A stretch of 41,430 nt of DNA from an uncultured Spirochaetaceae bacterium (GCA_944389985.1 CALXON010000182.1:1-41430); one strand, 5' to 3'; shown: positions 16,008 to 25,932, counted from the first letter of the stretch. The notes: a model not told the origin generated them from the letters alone. Made by a program: numbers and translations.

Positions 16008-17372
16008 ATGGCTGATGATAAGGAGTTTCTCGGTAAGGAACCAGTAGGCAAGCTTCTTTTCAGGCTTGCCCTCCCTACTGTCGCGGCACAGCTGATAAAC
16101 ATGCTGTACAATATCGTGGACAGGATCTACATAGGGCATATGCCCGGAGACGGGGCTCTCGCGCTTACTGGAGTCGGTGTCTGTCTTCCGGTAATACTCA
16201 TCGTCAGCGCATTTGCTGCTCTTGTCGGAGCGGGAGGAGCTCCACGCGCCTCAATATTCATGGGTCGTAAGGAGTATGACAAAGCCGAGAAGACACTCTC
16301 GAACAGCTTCACTCTGCAGATCGTGATATCCTTGATTCTCACCATTGTGCTGCTTGTCTGGGGGCCGGATCTTCTCATGGCGTTCGGAGCAAGTGAGAAC
16401 ACAATCGGGTATGCGACCGACTATCTGAGGATATACGCGCTCGGCACGATCTTTGTCGAGATTACGCTCGGAATGAACTATTTCATCACAGCACAAGGAT
16501 TTGCCAAGACTGGCATGCTGTCTGTGGCCATTGGAGCTGTTGCGAACATAATTCTTGATCCTGTCTTCATATTCGGGTTCGGAATGGGTGTGAAGGGAGC
16601 TGCCCTTGCCACGATAATCTCCCAGGGGCTTTCCGCTCTCTGGGTACTGTCATTCCTCTTCGGAAAAAGAACATTCCTTCACATACGTCCTGAGTACATG
16701 AAGCTTGAGAGGAACATATTCCTCCCGTCCCTCTATCTGGGGCTTGCCACATTCATCATGCAGTCATCGGAATCGGTGATCAACATCTGCTATAACTACT
16801 CTCTTCTCAAGTACGGAGGTGATATAGCTGTGGGTGCGATGACGATACTCTCATCGGTCATGCAGTTCGCCATGCTTCCTCTGCAGGGACTGGGGCAGGG
16901 GGCCCAGCCTGTGATCAGCTATAACTACGGAGCGAAGAACAAGGACAGGGTCAGGAGGACATTCTTCTGCCTGCTTCTCTCAAGCATGATATATGCAGTG
17001 CTGCTCTGGGGCCTTGTGGAACTCTTCCCATCGTTGTTCGTCTCCATGTTCACATCCGATGAGACACTCCGAACGTTCACAGTTCCGGCGCTGCGTGTGT
17101 ATATGGCCGCCGCTGTGCTCTTCGGCATACAGATAGCCTGTCAGATCACATTCACGGCGCTGGGGGATGCTGCATCATCAATGATCGTAGCCATAACCAG
17201 AAAGTTCATCCTGCTCATTCCTTTCATGTTCATATTCCCGCTTGTCTTCAGTGGTGATCAGACAATGGCTGTGTTCATGGCCGAACCTGCAGCCGATGTC
17301 ATTGCAGTCACATTCACTGCGGTCCTGTTCTTCTTCCGCTCCAGAAAAGCTCTCCGTGGCATCGCTTCCTGA
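16008..17372 (+). CDS. MATE-family efflux transporter
   Basis: 454 aa, about 12 hydrophobic segments. N-terminus LFRLALPTVAAQLINMLYNIVDRIYIGH is typical of MATE proteins. SD AGGAGAAG. Confidence 0.85.
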   Translation: MADDKEFLGKEPVGKLLFRLALPTVAAQLINMLYNIVDRIYIGHMPGDGALALTGVGVCLPVILIVSAFAALVGAGGAPRASIFMGRKEYDKAEKTLSNSFTLQIVISLILTIVLLVWGPDLLMAFGASENTIGYATDYLRIYALGTIFVEITLGMNYFITAQGFAKTGMLSVAIGAVANIILDPVFIFGFGMGVKGAALATIISQGLSALWVLSFLFGKRTFLHIRPEYMKLERNIFLPSLYLGLATFIMQSSESVINICYNYSLLKYGGDIAVGAMTILSSVMQFAMLPLQGLGQGAQPVISYNYGAKNKDRVRRTFFCLLLSSMIYAVLLWGLVELFPSLFVSMFTSDETLRTFTVPALRVYMAAAVLFGIQIACQITFTALGDAASSMIVAITRKFILLIPFMFIFPLVFSGDQTMAVFMAEPAADVIAVTFTAVLFFFRSRKALRGIAS

Positions 17373-17419
17373 TTGTCAGAGAGAATCCATCCGGGTATTC
17401 TAATCCCGGTTGGTTAGCT

Positions 17420-19777
17420 ATGACATTAAGTGATCTGAAAACAGGGGAGAGTGCCAGAATACTCTCAGTCGGTGGGGACAAGGTCCTCCGCCGTCATCTT
17501 CTCGACATGGGACTTACTCCGGGATCGGTTGCGACACTGGTCAAGAAAGCTCCCATGGGAGATCCTCTTGAAATATTCATCAGAGGCTATGAGCTCACGC
17601 TCCGTAAGGAAGATGCATCGAAGATAGAGGCTGAGCCTGCGAAGGCAGGAGAGACCTCAAGGACAAGAGAGCAGGCTTCCAGAAAGAAGGAGATAAGCCA
17701 TCCTCACATAGGAGAGCCGGGAGAGCACAGGCATTCTGAGAAGCCTCTGATAGCCGAGGGTGTTCCAATCGTGTTCGCTCTGGCGGGAAACCAAAACTGC
17801 GGTAAGACGACGCTCTTCAATCAGCTGACAGGATCGAACCAGCATGTAGGAAACTTCCCGGGCGTGACGGTCGACAGCAAGACAGGAACGATCAGGGGAC
17901 ACAATGATGTCTCTGTCGTTGACCTCCCGGGCATATACTCCCTTTCCCCATACTCCAACGAGGAGATCGTCACCCGTGACTTCATCCTCAAGGGGCATCC
18001 GGACGGAATCATAAACATAGTTGATGCTACCAACATCGAACGCAATCTCTATCTGACCATGCAGCTTATTGAGCTGAACATCCCGATCGTCATCGCTCTC
18101 AACATGATGGATGAGGTCAGGGAGAACGGCGGCACGATCGACATAAACGCATTCGAGGAGGAGCTCGGTGTTCCTGTCGTACCGATATCAGCGGCAAAGA
18201 ACGAGGGCGTGGATGAGCTTATATCGCACGCAATTCATGTCGCCAGATTCAAGGAAGGACCCCGCCGTACAGATTTCTGCAGGTCAGAAGGCAGTGTAAA
18301 GGATACGGCCGTGCACCGTTCGCTCCATGCCATCATGCACCTTATAGAGGATCATGCGGAACGTGCGGGCATTCCTGTCAGATTCGCGGCCTCGAAGCTG
18401 ATGGAAGGTGATGAACCCATAATGAAGTCCCTCTCGCTCGACGGTAACGAGAAGGAGACATTCGAGCACATTCTCCTGCAGCTCCAGAGCGAGAGCGGAA
18501 CGGATCCTGATGCCGCTCTCTCAGATACGAGATACAGATTCATAGAGGAACTCTGTGATTCCTGCGTGGTGAAGCCCCATGAGTCCAGAGAACGCCTGAG
18601 AAGCATAAAGGCAGACAGGTTCCTTACGGGAAAATATACTGCGATACCTGCATTCATCCTCATAATGGCTGCTGTCTTCTATCTCACCTTCGGTCCTGTC
18701 GGAAGTTCTCTTTCCGATCTTCTCTCGTTCCTGATCGAGAAGGTCACCACTGCAGTCGATTCGGCGCTCACCATTTATGGAATGAACAGCGTTGTCCATT
18801 CCCTCATCATCGATGGTATATTCACCGGAGTCGGCAGTGTGCTCTCATTCCTTCCCGTCATCGTCGTGCTCTTCTTCTTCCTCTCGATCCTTGAGGACAG
18901 CGGATACATGGCCCGCGTCTCATTCGTCATGGACAAGCTTCTGAGGAAGATAGGTCTTTCCGGAAGGAGTTTCGTACCGATGCTGATAGGTTTCGGATGC
19001 TCTGTTCCTGCGATAATGGCAACGAGAACACTCTCTTCTGACAGGGACAGGAAGATGACGATCCTTCTCATCCCGTTCATGTCATGCTCAGCCAAGCTTC
19101 CGATCTACTCACTCTTCGCCTATGCATTCTTCAGAAGCTATGGAGCGCTTGTGATGATCGGCCTCTACATCTTCGGAATCATCGCAGGTATCATCTTCTC
19201 CCTGATTCTCAAGAAGACAGGATTCAAGGGTAATCCCATTCCGTTCGTGCTTGAGCTTCCCAACTACCGCATGCCGTCCGCGAAGAATGTCGGACAGCTG
19301 ATCTGGGAGAAGACAAAGGACTTCGCGACCAGGGCATTCACGATAATCTTCGCCGCATCCATAGTGATCTGGTTCCTGCAGTCATTCGATGCAAGGCTTA
19401 ATCCGGTCGCTGACAGTGCTGACAGCATGCTTGCGGCCATCGCATCCATAATCTCTCCCATATTCCGTCCGCTCGGATTCGGAGACTGGAGGGTATCCAC
19501 TGCGCTCATCACGGGCTTCATGGCGAAGGAGAGTGTCGTGTCCACTCTGTCAGTCCTTCTCGGGGACTCTCTCGGAGCGCTCAGCACGTTCTTCACTCCG
19601 TTCACGGCCCTTGTATTCCTTGTATTCACTCTTCTCTACACTCCATGTGTCGCCTCGATAGCGACGGTTCGCAGGGAGCTCGGAAGAAGATGGGCTCTGG
19701 GAGTTGTCATCCTGCAGTGCGCTGTCGCATGGATCGCTGCATTCCTCGTTCATGCCGTGGGAATGTTGTTCATCTGA
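17420..19777 (+). CDS. feoB: ferrous iron transporter, FeoA-FeoB fusion
   Basis: The N-terminal 70 aa resemble FeoA (LKTGESARILSV...LLDMGLTPGSVATLVKKAPMGDPLEIFIRGYELTLRK). A linker follows. The FeoB G-domain has GNQNCGKTTLFNQLTG, DLPGIYSL and ALNMMDE. A polytopic membrane domain completes the protein. Confidence 0.9.
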   Translation: MTLSDLKTGESARILSVGGDKVLRRHLLDMGLTPGSVATLVKKAPMGDPLEIFIRGYELTLRKEDASKIEAEPAKAGETSRTREQASRKKEISHPHIGEPGEHRHSEKPLIAEGVPIVFALAGNQNCGKTTLFNQLTGSNQHVGNFPGVTVDSKTGTIRGHNDVSVVDLPGIYSLSPYSNEEIVTRDFILKGHPDGIINIVDATNIERNLYLTMQLIELNIPIVIALNMMDEVRENGGTIDINAFEEELGVPVVPISAAKNEGVDELISHAIHVARFKEGPRRTDFCRSEGSVKDTAVHRSLHAIMHLIEDHAERAGIPVRFAASKLMEGDEPIMKSLSLDGNEKETFEHILLQLQSESGTDPDAALSDTRYRFIEELCDSCVVKPHESRERLRSIKADRFLTGKYTAIPAFILIMAAVFYLTFGPVGSSLSDLLSFLIEKVTTAVDSALTIYGMNSVVHSLIIDGIFTGVGSVLSFLPVIVVLFFFLSILEDSGYMARVSFVMDKLLRKIGLSGRSFVPMLIGFGCSVPAIMATRTLSSDRDRKMTILLIPFMSCSAKLPIYSLFAYAFFRSYGALVMIGLYIFGIIAGIIFSLILKKTGFKGNPIPFVLELPNYRMPSAKNVGQLIWEKTKDFATRAFTIIFAASIVIWFLQSFDARLNPVADSADSMLAAIASIISPIFRPLGFGDWRVSTALITGFMAKESVVSTLSVLLGDSLGALSTFFTPFTALVFLVFTLLYTPCVASIATVRRELGRRWALGVVILQCAVAWIAAFLVHAVGMLFI

Positions 19778-19791
19778 TTCTCCGCTCTCAA

Positions 19792-19820
19792 TAGACCATA
19801 TCTCCTCCGCTGAATATAAT
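19792..19820 (+). promoter_or_regulatory. putative promoter TAGACC-17 nt-TATAAT for the NMT1-like ABC operon
   Basis: A perfect TATAAT at 19815-19820 and a 4/6 match to -35 at 19792-19797 with a 17-nt spacer, in the 59-nt gap after feoB. Confidence 0.35.
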
Positions 19821-19836
19821 CCTTCAGTGGAGGTTC

Positions 19837-20784
19837 ATGATGAAGAAGTTAGGTTTTGTTCTGCTCGTCCTGATTCTTCTGCTCTTCCCGGCAACTGCCG
19901 AGAACATACGGATAGCAGCCATGCGCGGTCCTACTGCAATGGGACTCTGCGGTCTTATGGACAGGGCCGGATCGGGGCCTGTTGATGGAAACACATATGA
20001 ATTCACTCTCGAGGGCTCTCCTGATGCCGTCGTTCCTCTTGTCGTCCGCGGGGAAGTGGATATAGCGGCAATACCGGGCAACCTCGCCTCGGTTCTTTAC
20101 AACAGAACAGGCGGAAAGGTCCAGGCTCTCGCGATCAATACTCTTGGTGTTCTCTACATCGTCGAGAACGGAGACACTGTGAACTCAGTAGATGATCTCA
20201 GAGGGAGGACCATATACTCAGCCGGCAAGGGAGCGACTCCGGAGTATGCGCTTCAGTATGTGCTTTCAGCAAACGGTCTTGTTGTCGGCAAGGATGTCAA
20301 TATTGAATGGAAGAGCGAGCATGCAGAGTGCGTTGCGGCTCTGAAAAGCGATGAGAAAGGTGTTGCGATGCTCCCTCAGCCGTTTGCAGCTACAGCTGTG
20401 CTCTCTGACAGTTCAATCCGCATAGCCCTCGATCTCAATGATCTCTGGGAAGATGCTGCGGGACTCGGACTCATAACGGGAGTGACGATCGTGAACAAGG
20501 CATTTGCAGAAGAGCATCCTGATGCGGTCAGATCATTTCTTGAAGCATACAGAGATTCTGTCGATTTCGTGAACAGCGATCCTGATGCAGCTCTCTCTGT
20601 CGCATCCTACGGGATCGTTCCTGAGAAGGCTGCCCGTGCTGCGATACCGTACTGCAACATCGTGATGATCGATGGTGAGGATATGCATGACATGCTCTCA
20701 TTCTATCTCTCCGTTCTGGAAAGCCAGAATCCGTCAGCAGTAGGAGGCAAGGCTCCTCTTGAAGATTTCTACGCTGTCATCTAA
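19837..20784 (+). CDS. ABC transporter substrate-binding protein (NMT1/THI5-like, NitT/TauT family)
   Basis: 315 aa. Signal peptide MMKKLGFVLLVLILLLFPATA. Followed by a cognate permease and ATPase. SD GGAGG. The start may be the second ATG at 19840. Confidence 0.75.
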   Translation: MMKKLGFVLLVLILLLFPATAENIRIAAMRGPTAMGLCGLMDRAGSGPVDGNTYEFTLEGSPDAVVPLVVRGEVDIAAIPGNLASVLYNRTGGKVQALAINTLGVLYIVENGDTVNSVDDLRGRTIYSAGKGATPEYALQYVLSANGLVVGKDVNIEWKSEHAECVAALKSDEKGVAMLPQPFAATAVLSDSSIRIALDLNDLWEDAAGLGLITGVTIVNKAFAEEHPDAVRSFLEAYRDSVDFVNSDPDAALSVASYGIVPEKAARAAIPYCNIVMIDGEDMHDMLSFYLSVLESQNPSAVGGKAPLEDFYAVI

Positions 20785-21517
20785 GGCATTGCGTACCGCC
20801 GCTGTCCTCTTCTGGATAGCGGTATGGGCTGCAGCATCAGTTCTCATAGGAGAGGAACTTTTCCTTCCATCCCCATGGAGTGTGGTCATGAGACTGATCA
20901 TCCTTCTCGGAGAGGGGGAGTTTTGGTTATCGTCACTTTTCACAATCTCGAGAATACTTTTGGGATTCTTCCTTGCTCTTTGCACCGCGATGATCACGGC
21001 GTCTCTCTCTGCAGCCTTTCCGCTCTTCCGTATCCTCATGGATCCTGTCGTGAGGATAATAAGGGCGACACCGGTGGCATCCATAGTGATACTCGTACTT
21101 GTCTGGATATCCTCGAGAAACCTGTCAGCTGTCATATCCGCGATGATGGTCTTTCCCATAATCTATACGAACGTGCTCCAGGGAATAGACGGGACAGATA
21201 AGGAAATTCTCGAGATGGCGGATGTGTATGGTGTCAGTATCCTGAAGAGGATCAGGTACATATACATTCCCTCTGTCCTTCCTTATTTCCTCTCCTCGCT
21301 CTCCATTGCGCTCGGACTGGGCTGGAAGAGCGGTATAGCAGCAGAGGTCATAGGACTTCCTGATGGTTCGATAGGAGAGAGGGTGTATGAGGCGAAGATC
21401 TATCTCTCAACTCCGGATCTCTTTGCATGGACAGTCGTCATCATCATCCTGGCGTATCTCTTTGAGAGGGTCTTCCTCTTCCTGGCATCATATTCAGCAG
21501 GGAGGATCACAAGATGA
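20759..21517 (+). CDS. ABC transporter permease (NitT/TauT family)
   Basis: 252 aa, multi-TM, EAA-like loop LEMADVYGVSILKRIRYIYIPS. Non-ATG start with uncertain position (TTG 20759 or TTG 20789). Confidence 0.75.
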   Translation: MKISTLSSKALRTAAVLFWIAVWAAASVLIGEELFLPSPWSVVMRLIILLGEGEFWLSSLFTISRILLGFFLALCTAMITASLSAAFPLFRILMDPVVRIIRATPVASIVILVLVWISSRNLSAVISAMMVFPIIYTNVLQGIDGTDKEILEMADVYGVSILKRIRYIYIPSVLPYFLSSLSIALGLGWKSGIAAEVIGLPDGSIGERVYEAKIYLSTPDLFAWTVVIIILAYLFERVFLFLASYSAGRITR

Positions 21518-22074
21518 AAGTGAGAATAGACAGAAAGGCATTCGGAGATGAGGTGATCTTCTCCGGAGTCTCCTTTGATATCCCGGATGGCAAGTGTACT
21601 GCCGTTCTCGGCCCGTCAGGGTCAGGAAAGACAACGCTTCTGAGGATCCTCTCAGGTCTCGACAGGGATTATGAGGGAACTTCTGAGAATCTCCCTGTAC
21701 GTCCCGTGATACTCTTCCAGGAGGACCGGCTCGTGGAGAACATAAACGCCATATCGAATCTCATGCTGGTCGCGAAGGACAGGAAGACTGCGGAAGAAGC
21801 ACTTGCCGCATCAGGCCTCGGAGAGGATGGAAGGAAGGTTGTCAGGGAGCTTTCCGGAGGGATGAGGCGGAAACTTGCAATTGCCCGCTTCCTGTTTCCT
21901 GAGGGAGATGCCCTTTTCCTTGATGAGCCGTTCAGGGCTCTTGATGATGAGTCAAGACGGGAGGCGGCTGAAAGAATCCTCAAGCACAGGAACGGAAGGA
22001 CAATGGTATACATAACACATGATCCTGATGATCTTTCCATCCTTGGCGCAGACTTCACCATCCACCTTTCATGA
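21514..22074 (+). CDS. ABC transporter ATP-binding protein (compact, 186 aa)
   Basis: GPSGSGKTTLLRIL (Walker A), FQEDRL (Q-loop), LSGGMRRKLAIAR (signature), LFLDEPF (Walker B), ITHD (H-loop). ATGA overlap with the permease gene. Confidence 0.85.
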   Translation: MKVRIDRKAFGDEVIFSGVSFDIPDGKCTAVLGPSGSGKTTLLRILSGLDRDYEGTSENLPVRPVILFQEDRLVENINAISNLMLVAKDRKTAEEALAASGLGEDGRKVVRELSGGMRRKLAIARFLFPEGDALFLDEPFRALDDESRREAAERILKHRNGRTMVYITHDPDDLSILGADFTIHLS

Positions 22075-22089
22075 TGCTATCATCGGGGT

Positions 22090-23775
22090 ATGAACAACAT
22101 ACCCCGGTGGGATCTGGAAAGCATATATCCATCCCCTTCGTCAGCAGAATTCTCTGAAGACATACTGAAACTTGAAAAGACAGGAAGAGCACTTTGCGAA
22201 GCTGCCGCAGACGGCACATCGGATACATATGACCTGATCAGACTGAGAGATGAGGGAGCTGCGATAGCAGTCAATCTCACAGCATATTCATCAGCTCTGC
22301 TCTCAACCGATTCCTCCTCTTCTGAGTTCCTGTCCGCAGTCTCCAGAAGCGAGGCTGCTGAGGCTGAGTTCAGCAAGGCCGAGGACGCGTTCATCAGGGC
22401 TGTCAGGGATGATGGCAGCTTTCCGCCGGAGTACAGTTACTTCGTCTCCGAGATCATCAGCAGACAGTCCCATCTGATGTCTCCTGAGGAGGAGGCACTG
22501 GCGGCGGATCTCTCGGTGTCAGGTCCGTCGCTATGGGAACACCTGCAGGAGAATCTTGCCTCATCAATCAGTGATGGGGAGACACTGACTTCACTCAGAT
22601 CACTTGCCTCAGATGATGACAGGGATGTCAGGAAAAAGGCCTATGAACGGGAGACAGCACTTCTCAGTCGTCATGCCTCTGCATTCGCTCATGCGCTTTC
22701 AGGAGTGAAGGGAAGCGTGGCTCTTCTCGATGGACGAAGAGGGTGGAAGAGCCCTCTTGAGAGATCACTTTCCGAATCGAGAACGGATGAGGACACATTC
22801 AATGCGCTGATCGGGGCCATTGAGGACTCCCTGCCGCTTTTTCATGAGTATTTCAGGATCAAGGCCAGGATTCTCGGCATCGATGATTTCTCGTTCTTTG
22901 ATCTCTTCGCCCCTGTGGGCGGGAATGCACGGAAGTATACATTCAGCGATGCAACCGGCATCGTGCTGTCATCGTTCTCCTCGTTCTCTCCGGAACTCGG
23001 GGATTTCACAGACAGGGCTTTCAGTTCGGGCTGGGTTGATGCACTGATGCATGAGGGAAAGGCAGGAGGGGCGTATGACACATACTTTCCACTCAGGGGA
23101 GAGAGCCGTGTATTCATGAATTTCGATGGCTCGTATGACAGTGTGCTCACGCTCAGTCATGAACTCGGACATGCGTATCATGATCATGTGCTTTCTGCTC
23201 TTCCCTTGTCTCTGGCATCGTATCCTATGACTCTGGCCGAGACTGCGTCGACATTCTCCGAGAAACTCGTCTTCCAGAACATCATGGAGAACAGCAGCGG
23301 TCCTGATGCCATGTTCGCAGTGGAGCAGTTCCTGCAGTCGGCTGCCCAGACCATTGTCGATATCTACTCAAGGTATCTTTTTGAGAAATCCGTATTTGAG
23401 AGAATTACAGAGGGTTCTCTCACCGCTGATGAATGCTGCTCGCTGATGCTGGATGCCCAGAACAGGGCATATGGAGATGCGCTTTCTGTGAAGCATCCAT
23501 ATATGTGGGCTGTAAAGTCCCATTACTACTCTGCGGATTTCTCATACTACAACTACCCGTATGCGTTCGGAGAGCTCTTCGCGCTTTCTCTCTTCCAGAG
23601 AAGGACGGAGAAGGACTTCACGGAAAAATACCGGAATCTTCTTGAGTATACCGGAAGGGCAAGTGCAAAGGATGTCGCCGCATCCATCTCTTTCGATATC
23701 ACGAAAAGGGATTTCTGGCAGTCCGGCATCGATTTCATCGCGTCGAATATTGAGAGGCTCGGAAAATGGCTGTGA
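22090..23775 (+). CDS. pepF: M3-family oligoendopeptidase (PepF-like)
   Basis: 561 aa. Zinc motif SHELGHAYH, with length and layout typical of M3B oligoendopeptidase F. Confidence 0.8.
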   Translation: MNNIPRWDLESIYPSPSSAEFSEDILKLEKTGRALCEAAADGTSDTYDLIRLRDEGAAIAVNLTAYSSALLSTDSSSSEFLSAVSRSEAAEAEFSKAEDAFIRAVRDDGSFPPEYSYFVSEIISRQSHLMSPEEEALAADLSVSGPSLWEHLQENLASSISDGETLTSLRSLASDDDRDVRKKAYERETALLSRHASAFAHALSGVKGSVALLDGRRGWKSPLERSLSESRTDEDTFNALIGAIEDSLPLFHEYFRIKARILGIDDFSFFDLFAPVGGNARKYTFSDATGIVLSSFSSFSPELGDFTDRAFSSGWVDALMHEGKAGGAYDTYFPLRGESRVFMNFDGSYDSVLTLSHELGHAYHDHVLSALPLSLASYPMTLAETASTFSEKLVFQNIMENSSGPDAMFAVEQFLQSAAQTIVDIYSRYLFEKSVFERITEGSLTADECCSLMLDAQNRAYGDALSVKHPYMWAVKSHYYSADFSYYNYPYAFGELFALSLFQRRTEKDFTEKYRNLLEYTGRASAKDVAASISFDITKRDFWQSGIDFIASNIERLGKWL

Positions 23776-24902
23776 GGATAGAGAAAATAGTCTCGGATGC
23801 TCTGGGGTTCTGCCATGACGGACAGAGAGCCCTGTTCATTGAGGGAGCTCTTCCCGGAGAGCTTGTCGAGTATGCCGTAAGGGAGGAGAAGAACGGTTAT
23901 GCCATGGCTGATTGCACTGCTGTCATTGAGCCATCTCCTCTCAGAACGGAGCCGCGTTGTCCTTACTATGGTATCTGCGGAGGCTGTTCTTTCCAGATCG
24001 TGAGCGAGAAAGACAGCGCCATGCTCAAGGAGGAGATCGTGAAGGACAATCTCAGACGCATTGCCGGACTGAATGAGCTTCCTCCGTTCGATCCTCCTGT
24101 ATACGGCAGCTTCTCAGGGTACCGTCACCGTGTACGCTTCCATGTGGATCTGAGAAAGAAGGAATGGGGATTCCTTGGAAGAAGATCATCCTCCATTGTC
24201 CATGTGGAAAGCTGTCCTATGCTATCTCCCCGGCTTTCCTCCTGTATTTCAGATGGCAGGAAGCTGATCGAGGAGGGAAGGGCAGCCATGTTCCGTGGAG
24301 AGATAGACAGAAATACAGGAATTGCCGAGGTGAGGGCCTTCGATGGTGATGATGAGGTTACGTTCTCAGACCGTTCGGTACGCATAACTGTCTCCGGAGT
24401 GCCATATTATGTATCGTCAGATGTCTTCTTCCAGTCAAATCCATCCCTTCTTCCCTCTCTCTTCGATTTCATCCGTGAGAATGTCACAGGAGAGACGGTC
24501 ATGGATCTCTACAGCGGGGTGGGCACGTTCTCCGCACTCTTCGAGGGAAGCGGCAGACGTGTCTATGCTGTCGAGAAGGACAGGAGATGTCTGACGCTTT
24601 CGAAGAAGAATGCTCCCTCAGCTCTCTCATTCACATCCGATGCACTTTCCTGGGGAAAGCGGAGCGGACGGCATGTCGATACGGTCATTGTCGATCCGCC
24701 ACGGACAGGACTGGGAAGGGAGACCGCGTCCCTCATCGCATCGTGGAAGGCGGAGAGGATCATCTATGTGTCATGCAACAGCGTGACGCTTTCCAGAGAT
24801 ATTCCATATATGACCGGCTATCATATAATGAAGGCCATGGTCCTCGACTTCTATCCGGGGTCGGGGCATGAGGAGAGTGTTTTCCTTCTTGAGAGGGACT
24901 GA
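23766..24902 (+). CDS. RNA (uracil-5-)-methyltransferase, RlmD/RumA family
   Basis: 378 aa. TRAM-like N-terminus, Fe-S cysteines CPYYGICGGCSFQ, SAM motif DLYSGVGTFS, VIVDPPRTG, and catalytic YVSCN. Confidence 0.8.
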   Translation: MAVRIEKIVSDALGFCHDGQRALFIEGALPGELVEYAVREEKNGYAMADCTAVIEPSPLRTEPRCPYYGICGGCSFQIVSEKDSAMLKEEIVKDNLRRIAGLNELPPFDPPVYGSFSGYRHRVRFHVDLRKKEWGFLGRRSSSIVHVESCPMLSPRLSSCISDGRKLIEEGRAAMFRGEIDRNTGIAEVRAFDGDDEVTFSDRSVRITVSGVPYYVSSDVFFQSNPSLLPSLFDFIRENVTGETVMDLYSGVGTFSALFEGSGRRVYAVEKDRRCLTLSKKNAPSALSFTSDALSWGKRSGRHVDTVIVDPPRTGLGRETASLIASWKAERIIYVSCNSVTLSRDIPYMTGYHIMKAMVLDFYPGSGHEESVFLLERD

Positions 24903-24918
24903 ATACAGAGGAGGACTT

Positions 24919-25932
24919 ATGAGAGTTCCATATGAGACGATGAAAGAGACATTCAGAGAGATCCTTGTACATCACGGGTTCGATGAGAATGATGCCGATA
25001 CCGCTGCAACGATCTTCGCAGACAACAGCCTTGACGGGGTATACACCCACGGACTGAACCGCTTTCCAAGGATTATCGGAGAGGTCGACAAGGGTGCAAT
25101 AAATCCCAGACTGAAGGCGGAACCTGTGATGAGGGCCGGAGCCTTTGAGCGCTGGAACGGACACAGGGGTTTCGGCCCGATAAATGCTACAGCCGCCATG
25201 AACAGGGCAATGGAACTCGCTTCGGAGTATACTGTCGGAGTCGTGGCTCTCGGCAACAACAACCACTGGCTCCGCGGAGGGACATACGGTCTCCAGGCTG
25301 CGAGAAAGGGATTCGCTGCAATCTGCTGGTCGAATACGACAGGGAATATGCCGCCATGGGGAGGAAAGCAGGCAAGGATCGGAAACAATCCTCTGGTGAT
25401 GGCTGTTCCAAGGAAGAACGGCATGCACTTCGTGCTGGATGTTGCGATGTCCGAGTTCTCATACGGCAAGCTTGAGCAGTACAGACTCAGAGGGGAGAAG
25501 CTTCCTTTCATCGGTGGCTACGATGAGGACGGCAATCTCACGGATGACCCGGGTGCCATCGAGAAATCGAGAAGAGTCCTTCCGATAGGCTATCATAAGG
25601 GCAGTGGCCTCTCAATTGCCCTCGATCTCATCGCCTCCATGCTCTCTCAGGGAAACACTGTCGGTGATGTGACATCATTCGGGACGGAGACAGGTCTGAC
25701 ACAGGTCATGATCGCATTCGATCCTGAACTTCTCGGAGACAGGGATGCGACCGATGAGATCATCACGAAGATCCTGGATTATACGGCAACTTCCACTCCT
25801 GCCGTTGAGGGCAGACCGGTGCTTTATCCGGGTGAGCACTCATATATGACACGGCAGGACAACCTGAAGAACGGAATTCCTGTGATAGATGAGGTGTGGC
25901 AGAAGGTATTGGATCTCTCAGCTCATTGCTGA
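24919..25932 (+). CDS. Ldh2-family oxidoreductase (3-dehydro-L-gulonate 2-dehydrogenase/YiaK-like)
   Basis: MRVPYETMKETFREILVHHGFDENDADTAATIFADNSLDGVYTHGLNRFPR resembles the YiaK N-terminus. GAGGAG sits upstream of the ATG at 24919, and the track ORF extension to 24868 is probably spurious. Confidence 0.7.
   Translation: MRVPYETMKETFREILVHHGFDENDADTAATIFADNSLDGVYTHGLNRFPRIIGEVDKGAINPRLKAEPVMRAGAFERWNGHRGFGPINATAAMNRAMELASEYTVGVVALGNNNHWLRGGTYGLQAARKGFAAICWSNTTGNMPPWGGKQARIGNNPLVMAVPRKNGMHFVLDVAMSEFSYGKLEQYRLRGEKLPFIGGYDEDGNLTDDPGAIEKSRRVLPIGYHKGSGLSIALDLIASMLSQGNTVGDVTSFGTETGLTQVMIAFDPELLGDRDATDEIITKILDYTATSTPAVEGRPVLYPGEHSYMTRQDNLKNGIPVIDEVWQKVLDLSAHC

Noticed and set aside
17373-17419. Possible Fur/PerR box upstream of feoAB (AGAAT-N11-ATTCT)
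   Set aside because: There are only 5-bp arms, with poor resemblance to the 19-bp Fur consensus. Matches like this are easily produced by chance in a 47-nt gap.
19778-19836. Expected TPP or HMP-type riboswitch upstream of the NMT1/THI5-like ABC transporter
   Set aside because: The gap is only 59 nt and contains none of the conserved TPP-riboswitch segments (for example CTGAGA and the pyrimidine-sensing helix). Only a simple hairpin and a promoter-like pair are present.
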